A DNA stretch of 64,000 nt from Octopus sinensis. Taxonomy: Eukaryota. The translations under genes and the position numbers were made by a program. The stretch's first letter is position 1. Each line of letters opens with the position of its first letter. Below the pieces are notes generated by a model. The model ran no database searches, was not told where the DNA came from, and saw only the letters and a program-made list of their open reading frames with translations. Below are positions 23,415-36,828 of the stretch, piece by piece. The stretch covers positions 34,844,001 through 34,908,000 of the forward strand of contig NC_043000.1 in assembly GCF_006345805.1 (NCBI RefSeq), written 5' to 3'.

Positions 23415-24005
23415 TCATCATCATCGTTTAACGTCTGCTTTCCATGCTGGCATGGGTTGAATGGTTTGACTGTAGAGTGGCAAGCCAGGAGGCTGCACCA
23501 GGCTCCAATCTGATCTTGCGCGTTTTCTACAGATGGATGCTCTTCTAATGCCAACCACTCTGAGAGTGTAGTGGGTGCTTTTTACATGCCGCCAGCATGA
23601 GGGCCAGTCAGGTGGTACTGGCACTGACCATGCTCGAATGGTGCTTTTTATGTGCCACCAGCACAGGAGCCAGTCAGGCAGCACTGACAACAACAATGCT
23701 CCAATGATGCTTTTTACATGCCACCAGCATGGGAGCCAGTGAGGCGACATTGGCAATGGCCATGCTTGAGTGGTGCTTTTTACAGGTGGCACTGGCATCG
23801 GCCACATTGATATAGTGCATTTTACATGCCAGTCAGGCACTACTGGCATCAGCCACGTCAATGATTTCACTTGACTCAACAGGTCTTCTCAAGTATGGTG
23901 TACTGCCCAACGACTGAAGGGTACTCAATGTGACATTGGCATAGGTCACAGTTATGGTCTCAATTGGCTTGCCAGGTCTTCTCAAGCACAGCATATCTCC
24001 AAAGG
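23415..24005 (-). mobile_element. RTE 3' UTR/tail with internal 66-bp tandem array
   Basis: (GAT)n tail, conserved core, three to four units of 'tggtgctttttacatgccaccagca...gccagtcagg...actggcaa'; explains the 152-aa periodic ORF at 23421-23879. Confidence 0.9.
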
Positions 24006-24704
24006 TCTATGTGTGTGTGTGTGTGTGTGTGTGTGATAGATTTCTGTTCTGCACAACAAGTAAATCCATTATGTTTAAATTAGTTGACATTAGTCAACAT
24101 GAGGTGCTGTTTATAAACGGGAAGTTGGGGACTATTTCACTGATCATTGACACCTGTACCTTTATATAGTGTTGCATGGATTCAAATATTTGAAAAATCT
24201 ATTGTGACTTATCTAAATTCTACAGCCTCATCATTATTATCATTTAATGTCTGTTTTGGCATGGTTTCTATGGCTAGATGCCCTTCCTAATGCCAACCAC
24301 TCTGTAGAGTGATTTGAGTGCTTTTTATGTGGCACCAGCCTGTATTTGTAATCTTCATAGGCTTGTTACTTCAATTCTAAATTCTCTTCACAGAAACTAA
24401 ATGCTCAAGTTTCAAATTCTATCTTAAGAAGTTCATCATAATAGTTGTTTGGTGTAAATTTCGAAAAGGTTTTCTCACCACAAATCTATATTCTAGAGCC
24501 AAAATTGCATGAATTTAATTAAGTTGTCTCTTGTCAGTATCAGATACAGTGATCTAGACACAAAGTATGTTTTGGTTATGGAAAAGAATGGCAAAATTCA
24601 GTAATGATAAGCATAACAATACTACCATTCTTAGTTTACCATTGTGGTGTGTAGAATGAACTTGTTGAGCACAATTGATTTGAATGGGAAAATAAAATCT
24701 CATT

Positions 24705-24872
24705 ATATGCTTCATCGTCATCATCATCACCATCATCGTCATCATCATCATCATCTTCGATGTTGTCATGACCATGGTCATCATCATCATACCACCTCTA
24801 CCATCATCTTTGTTTTCATGACTTTGTCATCACCACCACCACCACAAGCACCATCATCACCATCATCATCAT
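24705..24872. repeat. (CAT)n/(CAC)n low-complexity tract, partly RTE-tail derived
   Basis: Direct reading; followed by an RTE tail at about 24855-24960. Confidence 0.85.
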
Positions 24873-26167
24873 TTATCTGTTTTTACTTGTATGGGTTAGA
24901 TGGGTCTTGTCTAATACAGTTTCTCTTTCTTGTGGTTCAGCTGCCTGAGATTAGCTTTCATCATGTTTTGCCATATTTTGCTTGGTTTTCTTCCTCAAGT
25001 TCCTTTCACTCATATCCTTTATCTCTTCTTTACCCATCAGAAACCGTCCATATATCCATCATTAATCTGTCCTGCCACTCTCTTCTCTTTTTCTACACAA
25101 CATGTAATCCCCCTTTTTTTTTTTTACCTCAAGCATATGATTACCAATATATATTTAGTATATACTATTCTAAAAAGAACACCTAAGAAAGAGAAGTAAT
25201 GTTTTAACCATCAAATGTCTCTCACCTCATCACAAACTTATACCTCACCAGATTTTGTCAAACCACCCTAACCCATGCCAGCACGGAAAGTAGATATCAC
25301 ATGATGATGATGAGGTAACTCAGAATTTGAACCTCACATCATGTGAATTTTATTAAAAGGATTTATGATATCTTGATTTTGTAGAGTTGATATTATTTTT
25401 ATGGGAGGGGCAGCACCCATAATATTTTTTTTGTGGGGGGGGGGTCTTCCAGCCTGGTGCTAGGGAAGATGTAGGGGCTTTAAAGACTTTTAGGTTACTT
25501 CAATAGAAAGTTTGTGCATTGAGTTATTCTCAGTGTGGAGGTTTGGTCTGTAAGGTTACCACAGAATGGACTCTTCTAAATACACCAAGGGAGAAACTAG
25601 GGGTGGGGTAGTAGTATTAAACTGATGATGACTACAACCAAAGATAATTGAATGGTTTCATTTATTGGGAAGATGACATCAGATTATTATGAATTGATAT
25701 TCTTTTGAAGTTGTTGTTTGTTTTATGTTTGCAAGAGGAAATAACTACATTCTACCTGTCTTTTATTAATTATAACAGACTGGTCAAGATCATTATTTAC
25801 AATCATTAGCAGTATGTCTGATGGTTATTATAATAAAACAATCTGATTCATCACAAAATATCTATTTCTTTGTTGTCTTTTTGTTTTGTTTTCTCAAATA
25901 GTATATTTGTTTTTTTTTCTTTCCTTAACCCTATTTCTTCATCTTCATCTTTTCTCCTTCCTTACAACTAATCCTCACCTTGCCAAATGAATTCCACAAA
26001 GAAAAGAATAAAATAACTAAAGTAGCTACAGCATGCATACTTTTCTTTTGTTCTTATTATTTCTGCAACTAGTCAAGTCTTGTACTGTCACTTAATAAAC
26101 TTAGCCACTTTGCTAGGTGATCTAGTCCTATCGTCAGTAATATTATCTCTTGAAAAAAAAACTGTGA

Positions 26168-26578
26168 GCTGGTAGAACTGTTAGCATGTTGGGCAAAAGG
26201 CTTGGTGGCATTTCATCCATCTGAGTTCAAATTCTGTTGGAGTTATCTTTCGTCCTTTCAGGGTTGATAAAATAAGTACCAGTTACACACTGGGGTCAAT
26301 GTAATTTGACTTATCCCTTTCCCTGAGATTGCTGGCCTTGTGCCAAAATTTGAAACCATTTATATCTCTGGAAAGATTGTTTTTATGTTTTCTTTTTAAA
26401 TTTGTTCCTTGATGCTGGTGTGTTTACATTCCCATAACTTAGCAGTTCGGCAACAGAGACCGATAGAATAAGTTCTAGGCTTCCAAAGAATAAGTCCTGG
26501 AGTTGATTTGTTCAACTAAAGGTGGTGATCCAGCATGGCTGCAGTCAAATGACTGAAACAAATAAAAGAGTGAAAGAA
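26168..26578 (+). mobile_element. SINE family A (about 26168-26360) followed by a family B 3' half (about 26405-26578)
   Basis: 'ttcaggggttgataaaataagtaccagttacacactggggtcaatgtaat' then 'gagaccgatagaataag...gcagtcaaatgactgaaac'. Confidence 0.85.
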
Positions 26579-28054
26579 CTGTGCCACAAACTTTTTTCTT
26601 TTTCACTTCTTATACTTTAAGGCTTTACTCAATTTCCCATATGAATAAATCGTGTTTTCTTTAATACCACTTTTACATATGAACACGAAACAATACTCCC
26701 AAAACTATACGTTACTATACCTCATTCACCCCATGTCTATAGCCACCTCACTCTTCTGCCATACTCTTACAGTCTTAACCACTACATTTCTTGATTCATC
26801 TGTATTCATGCTCTCCGATTCCATGAGGGTACATTTAGGGCACCTTGTCATCACCATATTTACCTCTGTTTGAGCCCCTGCAGTCCCATCTCTCCCTACT
26901 CATGTAAAGTATGAGGTAGCCAGAAATCTTCTCCACAAACACTCAACCTGTTCCTGCTCCTCATCATACTTTGAGCTCTCAACATCTTGCTTGGAGTAGC
27001 CACTCTATCCCTTATCCTCCCTCTCATTAGAGAAGACTATCCAGTTTTGCAAATTACCTGATGACTTGTTAATGCTGATGCCATGAGGAAACAAACCTGG
27101 TATTGTCTGTGAAGGTGTTGGCATTAGGAAAAGCATCCAGATATTAAAATCATTCCAAAACTGTTATAGAGGAGCTAGACATGGTTCTCTGATCCATTGG
27201 ATGCTGCTGAAATGTCCAAACTGTGCTGGCATGGAAATTAGATATAAAACAATAATAATGATTGTTATGCACATAACTGGCACAAGGATTTTTTAACGGA
27301 AAGAGACATATTACATAGATTACAATGCAAGTGAGATTTATTAAAAACTATATATATGTGTATATATATATATGCATATACAGAGTTACTGACTACTGTG
27401 TACATTAGGTTTAGGTGCACCAAATGCATTGATGTGATAGTTAATGACTAAATACACCAGTTATCTGGAAATACTAGATTGATTTTCATTCATGTGTGAC
27501 ATAATTATTTCTGCAAGAATGAACAAGTGACTGAAGTGCAGGATGGATACATGCACCAAATTTGGCACAAACACAGAAAAAGGGAGTTGCATAATATTTG
27601 GGATTGTGTCACTTTTTCTATCTAATTTTAGAGAAATCTTGTGAGAAGAACCAACAAACAATTTTCTCTGTGAAATATAAAAGCCTAATGTGTAGTAGCA
27701 GACACTGAAATATTGGATTTAATGCAAACTCCTTATCTGCAGAAGAGTAAACCATCTTCAGACATCTAGGGTCTCTTCTAAAGAACTGGCTTGACTGACA
27801 AATGAAGTGCCCTGAGCTAAAGACATTATGAAGCAGTTTACTTTAAAATCACAATTTATGAACAAAAGTATGATTGGTTACAGGTTTTCAATGTACAGCT
27901 AATCACTGGTTCTCTGTGTTTCTGGTGGCAACAGACTTAATGGACTTAATGCAAAGAAATTCTTCTGTAAAATGTCAATTTTACTGTGTTGTTTATATAT
28001 TTTTTTGACCTGTGTTTGTTTCCTACTCTGATATAAATCATATGCACACACAAA

Positions 28055-28260
28055 TCATCATCATCATTTAATGTCCATTGTTCATGTGGCATGGGTTGGA
28101 CAGTTTGACCAGAGCTAGCAAGCTGGGGAGCTGCATCAAACTCCATGGTTTCTACAACTAGATGCCCTTCATAATGCCAACCACTTTATGAAGTGTGCTG
28201 GATGCTTTTACATGGCACTACATGGGTACTTTTACATGGTGCTACATGGGTGCTTATACA
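28055..28260 (-). mobile_element. RTE 3' end
   Basis: (GAT)n tail and 'gatgcccttcataatgccaaccac' core. Confidence 0.85.
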
Positions 28261-29294
28261 TATAAATATATCAAACAAGCTTCCAAACCGTTTCTTAGCA
28301 GACATATTTCTGATGTATTGTGCAGTGTGATCAAATCTAGAACTTGGTGTTTGCATCCTGTGCAGTTGCACTCGTTTACAGTTGACATCAATTTATAATC
28401 TATGAAGAAATATTGCAATCATTGGTGTGGCAGTGTGTAGGTATATAGAAGATAAAACAATCAACATTTTCCTTTATTTTTGTTAACCCCCTTCATCCTA
28501 TTCTTATTAATCATAATGCTATCAGGAATACAGGGAAGTAAGAAAAGTAATTTCATGTTTGTATCAAATAACAGAAACGAGGAAAAAAAATCCTTTCATT
28601 TAAATCTTTTTCTATAATTTAATTGAAGCACATATATTTATATACACTTAAACACATATCTATATATGCACTTGCACACACACACACACAAATGTGCATG
28701 CACTCCCAAACAATGAAGTGGTGGTGGTGCTGGTAGTGATAATGGTGATGATTTAAAGAAAACACACACACACACACAGTGAACTAAAGAGTAAACAATA
28801 TATAAAACCAGTTATTTCTCTCTTCACATGATGTCTGTAGACTATAGAGAACAATGTAGTTCCAGTAGGTATGATCTGATCAAGATAATACATTCTACCA
28901 CTGTCCTGCAGTGAAACTTTCCCCCGTCATTTCACCTACTGATTCTCTAAGACTATTTCAATATATTATGAACTCTCTGCTAAAAGAAAAATGGTTAGGC
29001 AGAGACTTACAAATGCTGTATTATTTCTCTCTCCTCCTCATGTAAATAATAGCAAAGCAACTGAAACAAGAATGGCAATATTTTATTGATTGACCCATCG
29101 ATTCAATCTATATTTACCATATCATACATAAATTAATATATAATGTACTAGAAATCTACTTGGATTTTTGTGTGTTTCTGTTTGTATGTGTGTCTGTGTC
29201 TGTCTGACTGTGTAATTGTGTGTGTGTGTGTGTGGTGTGTGTGTGTGTGGTTATAAGTTTATATTCATGTATGTTTGTGCAGTAGAAATTGTAG

Positions 29295-29347
29295 GATGGT
29301 GAAGAGTTCATAGTGGTCCAAGTCCACTTCTACAGTGACTGCTGCAG
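29295..29347 (+). CDS. Candidate exon DGEEFIVVQVHFYSDCC(S), phase 0 to 2
   Basis: 'aaattgtag|' acceptor, 'CAG|gtgaaa' donor, only open frame; phase fits 30870. Confidence 0.3.
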
Positions 29348-30334
29348 GTGAAATAAACAATGTGTGTACAGTTATGACGGTATGTGTACAGATATTATCA
29401 CAATCTATATAGCTTTACATACATGCAAATATATACACGTTCTCTCACACGCTCACGTGTGCATACATGTACACAAATATAATGTGTGTATGAATATTTT
29501 TCTTCATTATTCTCCCTTGTGTCATTCATGTATAAATATGATAATTATACATACACAGTATATGCATGCCTATCTATATTACCTTAGCTTGTATATTTGT
29601 GATACAACATTCATCATAATATGTATGTATATATATATATATATATATATTTGCATGTATTTGTATATGTTGACTGTGATGTAAATATGTGTCTGCTTAT
29701 CATTAAATATTTGTATGTATGTGTATGTATTTGTGTGTGTTTTGTGTATTATATGTTGTGCTTATATAAATAAAAATAATATAATTTCCTATTTCTTATT
29801 AAATGTGAATTGCTGAAAAGAAGCTAAGCTATGCATATTTAATAAGTAATGAAGAAACAACTGCACATGTAATTAAGAAATGCAGCCATCTACACAAAGT
29901 TTAGTTGCATGTATTGTAAAAGATGTGCAAGGTAGAAGAAGTGCCAAAACAAAGATGATACATTTCATTAATAACTTAGTTTTGTTTGCAATTAAAATGT
30001 ATTTCTTTTACTTTGGAAAGTACTGCTCTTTAAGCTTCATTTCCATTTCTCAACACTGGAACAGTGAATCATTAAAATATATTCCTGTAAACAGCTTCAA
30101 AAATAGCACTTTATCATATATCTGTACTTTATATAGTTTCTTATACAGCTGTATATTTATACTGTCTACAGTTACATGTGTAACTATGTATTTATACTGT
30201 ATATAGCCTCATATACTGCTATGTATTTATATTCTTCATATATATTCTTCATATTCTTTATATTGCTTCATATATAGCTACATATCTATACTTTATGTAG
30301 CCGCATCCACTTCTGTAACATGTTTATATGTTTA

Positions 30335-30645
30335 CACTGAAGCACTGTGCTGACCAAAGCTTTGTGTACAGATTTGGTAGCCGGGGACTGAAAGAAGCCC
30401 ATCATATATTTGTGTGTGTGTATGTGTGTGTGTGTGTGTGTAAATATCTGTTAGTTGTACAGGTGCTTCACCATACAAATGGTGCCTTTCGTTTCCAATC
30501 TTATGTGAAAACGCATTTGACCGTGGGGAAATATTACCTTACCTGGAAACAGATGAGGGTTAGTGAGAAGAGAAGCACTTGGACAAAGAAAATCTGCCTC
30601 AATGAATTCCATTCAAGCCATAGAAAAAGTGGAAAATGATGATGA
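30335..30645 (+). mobile_element. SINE family B variant with RTE-like 3' end
   Basis: 'gaccaaagctttgtg...ctgaaagaagccc', (TG)n, then 'ggggaaatattaccttacctggaaac' and 'aaagtggaaaatgatgatga' tail. Confidence 0.8.
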
Positions 30646-30869
30646 CTGTATATAGCCTCATATACAGCTATATATATTTATATTGTATATAGTCATATGT
30701 ACAGTTATATGTTTAAATGTTGTATATAGCTTCATATATAGCCATTTGTATGTTTATACAGGATATAGCTTCATATGCATATTGTTTCTTTTGTAAAAAG
30801 TCACAAGGAATAATGCCTATAAACATACAAGTTGCTGTTTGTCTATATTTCATTTCTCTTTCTCCAAAG

Positions 30870-30968
30870 CAGTCGATGGTTGTTTATGAGAAAGCTACAG
30901 ATTAATGTAGTGAAAACTATTCTGGGGGAATTAAACAAGCGCCAACTGCTTCGGATAAAAGAAGAGAA
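30870..30968 (+). CDS. Candidate 99-nt symmetric exon (phase 2 to 2), SRWLFMRKLQINVVKTILGELNKRQLLRIKEE
   Basis: Long pyrimidine tract 'atatttcatttctctttctccaaag|' (NAGNAG alternative at 30873), donor 'AA|gtaaaa', in-frame stop right after the donor, three CpGs. Confidence 0.5.
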
Positions 30969-31164
30969 GTAAAATACAAAGAACTGATGAGTGTGTTTAT
31001 AGGCTTGGTTAATTATGACTCTTCCCAAATGTAACAATATTGACTTCAACACATGGTTTCAGATCAAAATTCTTGCAAAATAAATTCAAAGTTGCCTCAT
31101 ATATAGTTATCATCATTTAACATCCATTGTCCATGCTGGCATGGGTTGGAATATATATTTATGC

Positions 31165-31820
31165 TTTATATACAGCCTCTGTTGCAGAAGTGTGAAGGCA
31201 TGTGACTTACTGGTTTGGCTGTTTGGCTCATGATCATAAAGATGTGAGTTTGGTTCCTGGCAGTGCATTCTGTCCTTTGTGTTGCTCCAGTCCACTCGGC
31301 TTGCAAGTATGAATTGTACCTGTAATTGAAAAGGGCCAGCCAACCTTATCACATTCAGTGTCCTGCTGAATCCCACTGAGAATTATGCGAAGAGTACATA
31401 TGTCTGTTGTGTGCTTCATCATCATCATCATCCTCATCCAGTGTTTTAAATTTGGGTTTTGTCCCTGTTAACAGGGGTGGGCGGATCTACCTCAATGCCA
31501 TAGCGACTGAGGCAGGCAGGTGCAGCCCACCCCAACCTTTGAGCTGGCTGGCTGATACCTATTCTCCCTTGCTATCATGAGACTTTTTGGGAGCTGGATT
31601 TTCTATGGGGAGCATGCCCTTGCTTACCCCCAGCCTTAGTTTCTAGATGTGAGTGGTCCTGAGACCAAGGCCTCTACCACGATTTTTAAGAAATGTAGTG
31701 GAAAACTAGCTCAGGAAAGCAGGGACTCTACTCTCTGAGACCCTTTTCAGAGCCACCCTACCTAAGCTCTTCCATTGATCAAATCAACTGGAACCTTTGT
31801 CATAACTGACAGAATGCCAG
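31165..31820 (+). mobile_element. SINE family C interrupted by an oppositely oriented (GAT)n-tailed element (about 31418-31768)
   Basis: Core 'ttgctccagtccactcggc' before the insert; 3' end 'ttccattgatcaaatcaactggaacc' after it. Confidence 0.75.
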
Positions 31821-34389
31821 TCATATAGCGATGTGTTTATTGCGTCTATACCAACATATACAGGTATTTATATGTCTATACTGTATATAGCCATATATAT
31901 ACAAATATATATGTTTATACTGTATATAGTTATATATAAAGCTATCTGTATTTTTATAGTGTATAAAGCCTGCTATACAGCTATTTATGTTTATACTGTA
32001 TATACCCTTATATACAGATATTTATGTTTATGTTGTATATAGATCCATATAGAATTATGTTTGTATCGCATATGTAGTTAAATATATAACTAGTTATTTA
32101 TATGTTATACCACATGCACAGTTATTTATATGTTTATTGTATATAAAACTTGGTATGTAACAATATATGCTTATATTGTATACAACTTTATACATGGATA
32201 CTATATTTATAGTTTCAAATGTAGTTACATTTATACAGTATACAGCTTTATATACACCTCTTTGTATCTTCATAATGAAATTACTGTCATATGCAGTTAT
32301 ATGTTTATAGTACCTACAGCCTTATCTACGGCTGTTTTTATGGTTATACTTCATCAACCTCATAGTCCAGTTGGTGCAATTATGAATGTGTAAATCAGGA
32401 AATTTTCAACTAACATCACAAATGCTATGTTTTCCATATCTTGTTTAAAACTTTAAAATTATGTTGTCTTCTAATATATGACAAATCACTAAAGTTACAT
32501 TTTCAGTGATCAGAAAATAATGTTCTCCATTGTAATATTAACTTCACATTTCTGTTGTTACATGTAAATGCTGCACCTGGTATTATTCAACATATATTTT
32601 AATTAATATCTGTTTATTTCTAATTTAAATTAAAATTTATTATTATATATAGATATACTGCAAAATAATTTTCTGGATTTATTTCTCACTTCACCCCTAT
32701 TTCCACTGAAAACCGTTTTATCTGTTAGTAATATGTCCATAACGTGCAAAGTTGCTAAAATTTGAAATGCAAATTTTAGTAATTTAGACAAGATGCTGAT
32801 CATAAACCTGTTCTTTGAACATAAATATCTGAAATGTACAATAAAGGCAAATAAATGGTAGATCTTGTATCATTCAGCTGGATATTGTTTTTCTCTATTT
32901 TATTTAGAATTGTCAGAATTATAAACTTATTTGAAGATAGATAGAGTGCATTTCTCAATATTACCATTTAAAACATTCTATAGTACTCTAAACTATAGTG
33001 ATTTTAGATATAAAGAGTCTTTACTTTGAATTATACATACATTTAAACACTTTCAATGGTGAGAAATTTGTTATTGTTGCATTTTTTGCTTTGTTTTATC
33101 CCCCTCCCTGCCTCCTACTCCACTTACTGATGTATTTATTTACTGCATTTTAATAATGCATTAATTTCTAGTAAGAAAAGTTTTTCATTCATTTTAAAAG
33201 TAACAAAAATATTTTCAATGGTGAAAATTCTGGCCAAAGGTTATTTTGAAAAGATCCTTTGATATTAACTATCATTTCTAGTATTGGATGTCCATTGTTT
33301 AATTATTTAGAAAGTAGTCTTTATAACTTTTACCAAAGATTTAGAAACAGAATCGATGACCTCTGACGATACGGAAAGGTTTTGACCTTAAATATCTTTA
33401 CTGGAAAATATCTAGCGAAGCATGGAGACACCAGTGATGACATAGGCAATAAGGACCGCCAATGGAACATCCAACAAAGGAGATTTTCACCCAGAAATAT
33501 AGCTAATCGACAATAACAAGTTTGGTGATATGTGGCCTAATCACCACGTTTCAGGTTTTATCTTTGATTAACAGGAATTTCTCTCATTTCGCCTATAGTT
33601 CTTCATAGAAATCTCTTTGGAACATTGCATTATTTCTATCAATAGTTGTCCAGATTTGGCTGACTGAACATCTTAAGAAGAGTCTAAGAGCCAAGTCATT
33701 AACTGAACAGAAAAATAAAACAATATCATCATTAAATAAAAGAACAAAAGACATTCAAAGTATATGTGATTTGCTTGCTTCTGTCTATGGTGTATGTTTG
33801 TGCTTGTGTATATATGTGCGTATACATGTGTGTGTATAAGTGTCACGTTTACTATAAATTTCTCACTTGGTTGAATAAAAAGAGCTACAGCGGAAACCTA
33901 GGTTTGAATTGATATTTCATATTGCAATCAAAAGCTTTTATCTCTTCTCTTGTTAAGTTCTAAAACAAAGTGTCGGACACCATTTTAGTTAATGAAGAGC
34001 CAGTAGTGAAGAAAATAAGAAACTTGGTATTGTAGCTTGGTTTGAAAAGCTGAATATAAATACTCATAAACATCATAAATACACAAACATATTCAGACGT
34101 GATGAATACTCACAAACATTCATAAAACTTATCAAATACACATCAATACATAGTTATTATTTTACATAAATTATATAATGCTATTATGACTTGTGATTTC
34201 TAGTTTGAGGTTCATTTCTGCTGACTAAACCACCAACAACACCATTGAGATAAGTAGCAACATCACCATTATCTTCTCCAGCACTACTACACATTGTCAA
34301 AAATCATTAATTCTTTTTACTTTAGTAATTAAATTCAATACTACATTCCTCTCCTTCTGTCTCTAAATTAGTCAGAGATGTAAAGGCCA

Positions 34390-34730
34390 GAGTCGACAAC
34401 CCTTGCAGGCCTTCTCAGACCTGTGAGATTGATGTAGTTAGTATTTAGTTTGATGCCTGCAGGGGAAAATATGAGGTTGATATGGAATTCCAGGGGGATG
34501 CAGTATTGGGGAAGAATGATTGAGCAGTATTTTGTGGGGTATGTCAGGGCTTTAAATCCTAGTTTGCTTTGAGATTAAGTTATTGCAACTATGATCAGCT
34601 TTTCTTTTTCTAAGAGACTAGGGTGTAATTTCAGGAAGCTTCAACTTCTATTTCTAGTAGGTTAAATGCCTGTATATAGGCTCTCATATTAACTAGTGAG
34701 GAGAGATGAATGCATTAGGTGTGTTTAGGT
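34390..34730 (-). mobile_element. CR1/L2-like LINE ORF2 3' relic
   Basis: Minus translation ...HTPQNTAQSFFPNTASPWNSISTSYFP resembles the 'FF..R....WNSLP' terminal motif; many stops. Confidence 0.5.
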
Positions 34731-34797
34731 GGTGGTGGTGGTCAATTATTTACTAGCTAAGAGCAGAGATCATAGAAGCAGCAGCAGTGGTAACAAC

Positions 34798-34834
<37 letters not shown>

Positions 34835-35317
34835 ATGTATGTGTGAGTTAGTTTTTAGGGTGTTTTTGTGTAGTAGAATCTTTGATCAGCGGATGAATTA
34901 TTTTTTTAGTGGTTGACATCTAGAAAATTTACGTTTTATCTACAACTCTGTCCTAAGTATTTGGGTAGTCCATCAGGTTTAGAGATGGTTAACCACTAAT
35001 CAGGGCTGAAATATTTTCTGGGCCTAAAAAGAAAGTATGATTTATAGGATTCAGTTTTGACAGTGATATATATATATATACACACACACAGCTCAGTTTG
35101 TTATGATAGATCATCAAGGACTGTGACATGAAGCTTTTGTAGCAACTTTAAAAAGCTTTAGTTATTCATTGTTCAGCTAAAAGGAGTTGTTTCCTTGATG
35201 CATGTGCTGATTATGTTGTCACTTTTTAAAGTCATCTCTACAGATTTACTGAAGAAGCTGGAGCCAACACTGAAAGTTATGTTTCATTCATGAATATGTC
35301 TATGTAAACAGTGTGAT

Positions 35318-35650
35318 TCATCATCATCATCATTATTTAACTTCTGCTTTCCATGCTGGCATGGGTTTGATTGTTTGACTGAGGTCTGGCAAGCCAGGTG
35401 GCAGCACCACACTCCAGCCTGTTCTGGCAATGTTTCTACAGCTGGATGTCCTTCCTAACACCAACCACTCCAAGAGAGTAGTGAGTGCTTTTTATGTGCC
35501 ACCAGCATGGGAGCCAGTCAGGCTGCACTGGCAATGTAAACACTCTAATGGTGCTTTTTATGTGCCACTGCCACGCGAGCTAGTCAAGCAGCACTGGCAC
35601 CAACCACGCTTGAATGGTGCTTTTTACGTGCTACAAGCATGGGGGCCAGT
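35318..35650 (-). mobile_element. RTE 3' end with internal tandem units
   Basis: (GAT)n tail, conserved core, repeated 'tggtgctttttatgtgccac'. Confidence 0.9.
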
Positions 35651-35968
35651 CAGAGATTATATGTATATTTCAGGAGTTCTCGCTCCTTCTTCAACACTGC
35701 ATCCAACTCGTTAATCATCCATGAACACATTACTTAATTAGCCACCACATACAGCTTGTACGACACAGTATTGACATATAAGCCTTGAAAATACTTGGTA
35801 GTATATTCTAGTTGCATAATGAAATACGTTGTCCCTGCAAGCAGTTGTATGATTACGTTTTGCTCTTGATGTTTATATGTCTGTATTTGATGATGTTTTC
35901 AATGTCTGTCTGGGTTGCATGTAAATTGTGCTTATTTGTAGAATGTGTAATGCGGCAGTATATATATA

Positions 35969-36002
<34 letters not shown>

Positions 36003-36154
36003 TATGTGATCTGGAATAAAAGCAAGAGAATCCTAATAATATTTATAAAGTTGAAATGTCCTACAAAGGGGTTAACCATGGCTAAAACAGCTGTACCAAC
36101 TATCATTGATAAGTACAGACATGATGTAAATTTGTATGTCAGAAGATACATTAC

Positions 36155-36782
36155 CATCATCATTATTTAACGTCCGTTGCCCATGCTGGCATGGGTTGGA
36201 TGGTTTGACTGGGCGGACATGCTGGAAGGCTGCACCAGACTTCAGTTTGATTTGGCATGGTTCTCTACAGCTGGATGATCTTCCTAAAGCCAGCCACTCT
36301 GAGAATGTAATGGGTGTGATTATGTACCAATGGCACGGGTGCCATTTGCATGCCACCAGCACAGGTGCCATTTGCATGCCACTGGCACAGGAGCCAATTT
36401 GCATGTCAGCGGCACAGGTGCCAATTTGCGTGACATTGGTATCTGCCATAACTGCGATTTTGCTCAGCTCGATGGTTTTCTTAAGTATGACCTAATGCCA
36501 AAGGTCTCGGTCATTGCCTCCATGAGGCCCAACACTTGAAAGGAACTCGACCATTTTGCCTCCATGAGACCCAGAGCTCAAATGGAACTCGGTTACTTAC
36601 CTTCATGAAGCCCACCACTCGAAAGGTGTTCTTTACATGTCACCAGTATGGGTGCACTTGGTTTGACGGGTCTTCTCAAGTACAGCACATCACCAAAGGT
36701 CTTGGTCATTAGTCATTACCTCCATGAGGCTCAAAGTTCGAAGATCATGCTTCACCACCTCGTTCTATGTCTTCCTGGTTCT
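36155..36782 (-). mobile_element. 5'-truncated RTE: last ORF2 codons plus long 3' UTR with about 42-bp and about 26-bp tandem arrays
   Basis: Minus 'aggaagacatagaacgaggtggtgaagcatgatcttcgaactttgagcctcatggagg' = RKT*NEVVKHDLRTLSLME; arrays at 36516-36610 and 36333-36440. Confidence 0.9.
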
Positions 36783-36828
36783 ACTTCTACCACAGGTTCC
36801 CTCCACAGTTAGAAATCAGCATCTTAAC

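Larger units (their letters stand above)
30100..32350. repeat. Old degenerate AT-rich minisatellite (unit about 35-40 bp) in blocks 30100-30330, 30645-30790 and 31820-32350
   Basis: Recurrent 'tttatactgtatatagcc.catatacagctat' variants. Confidence 0.7.
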
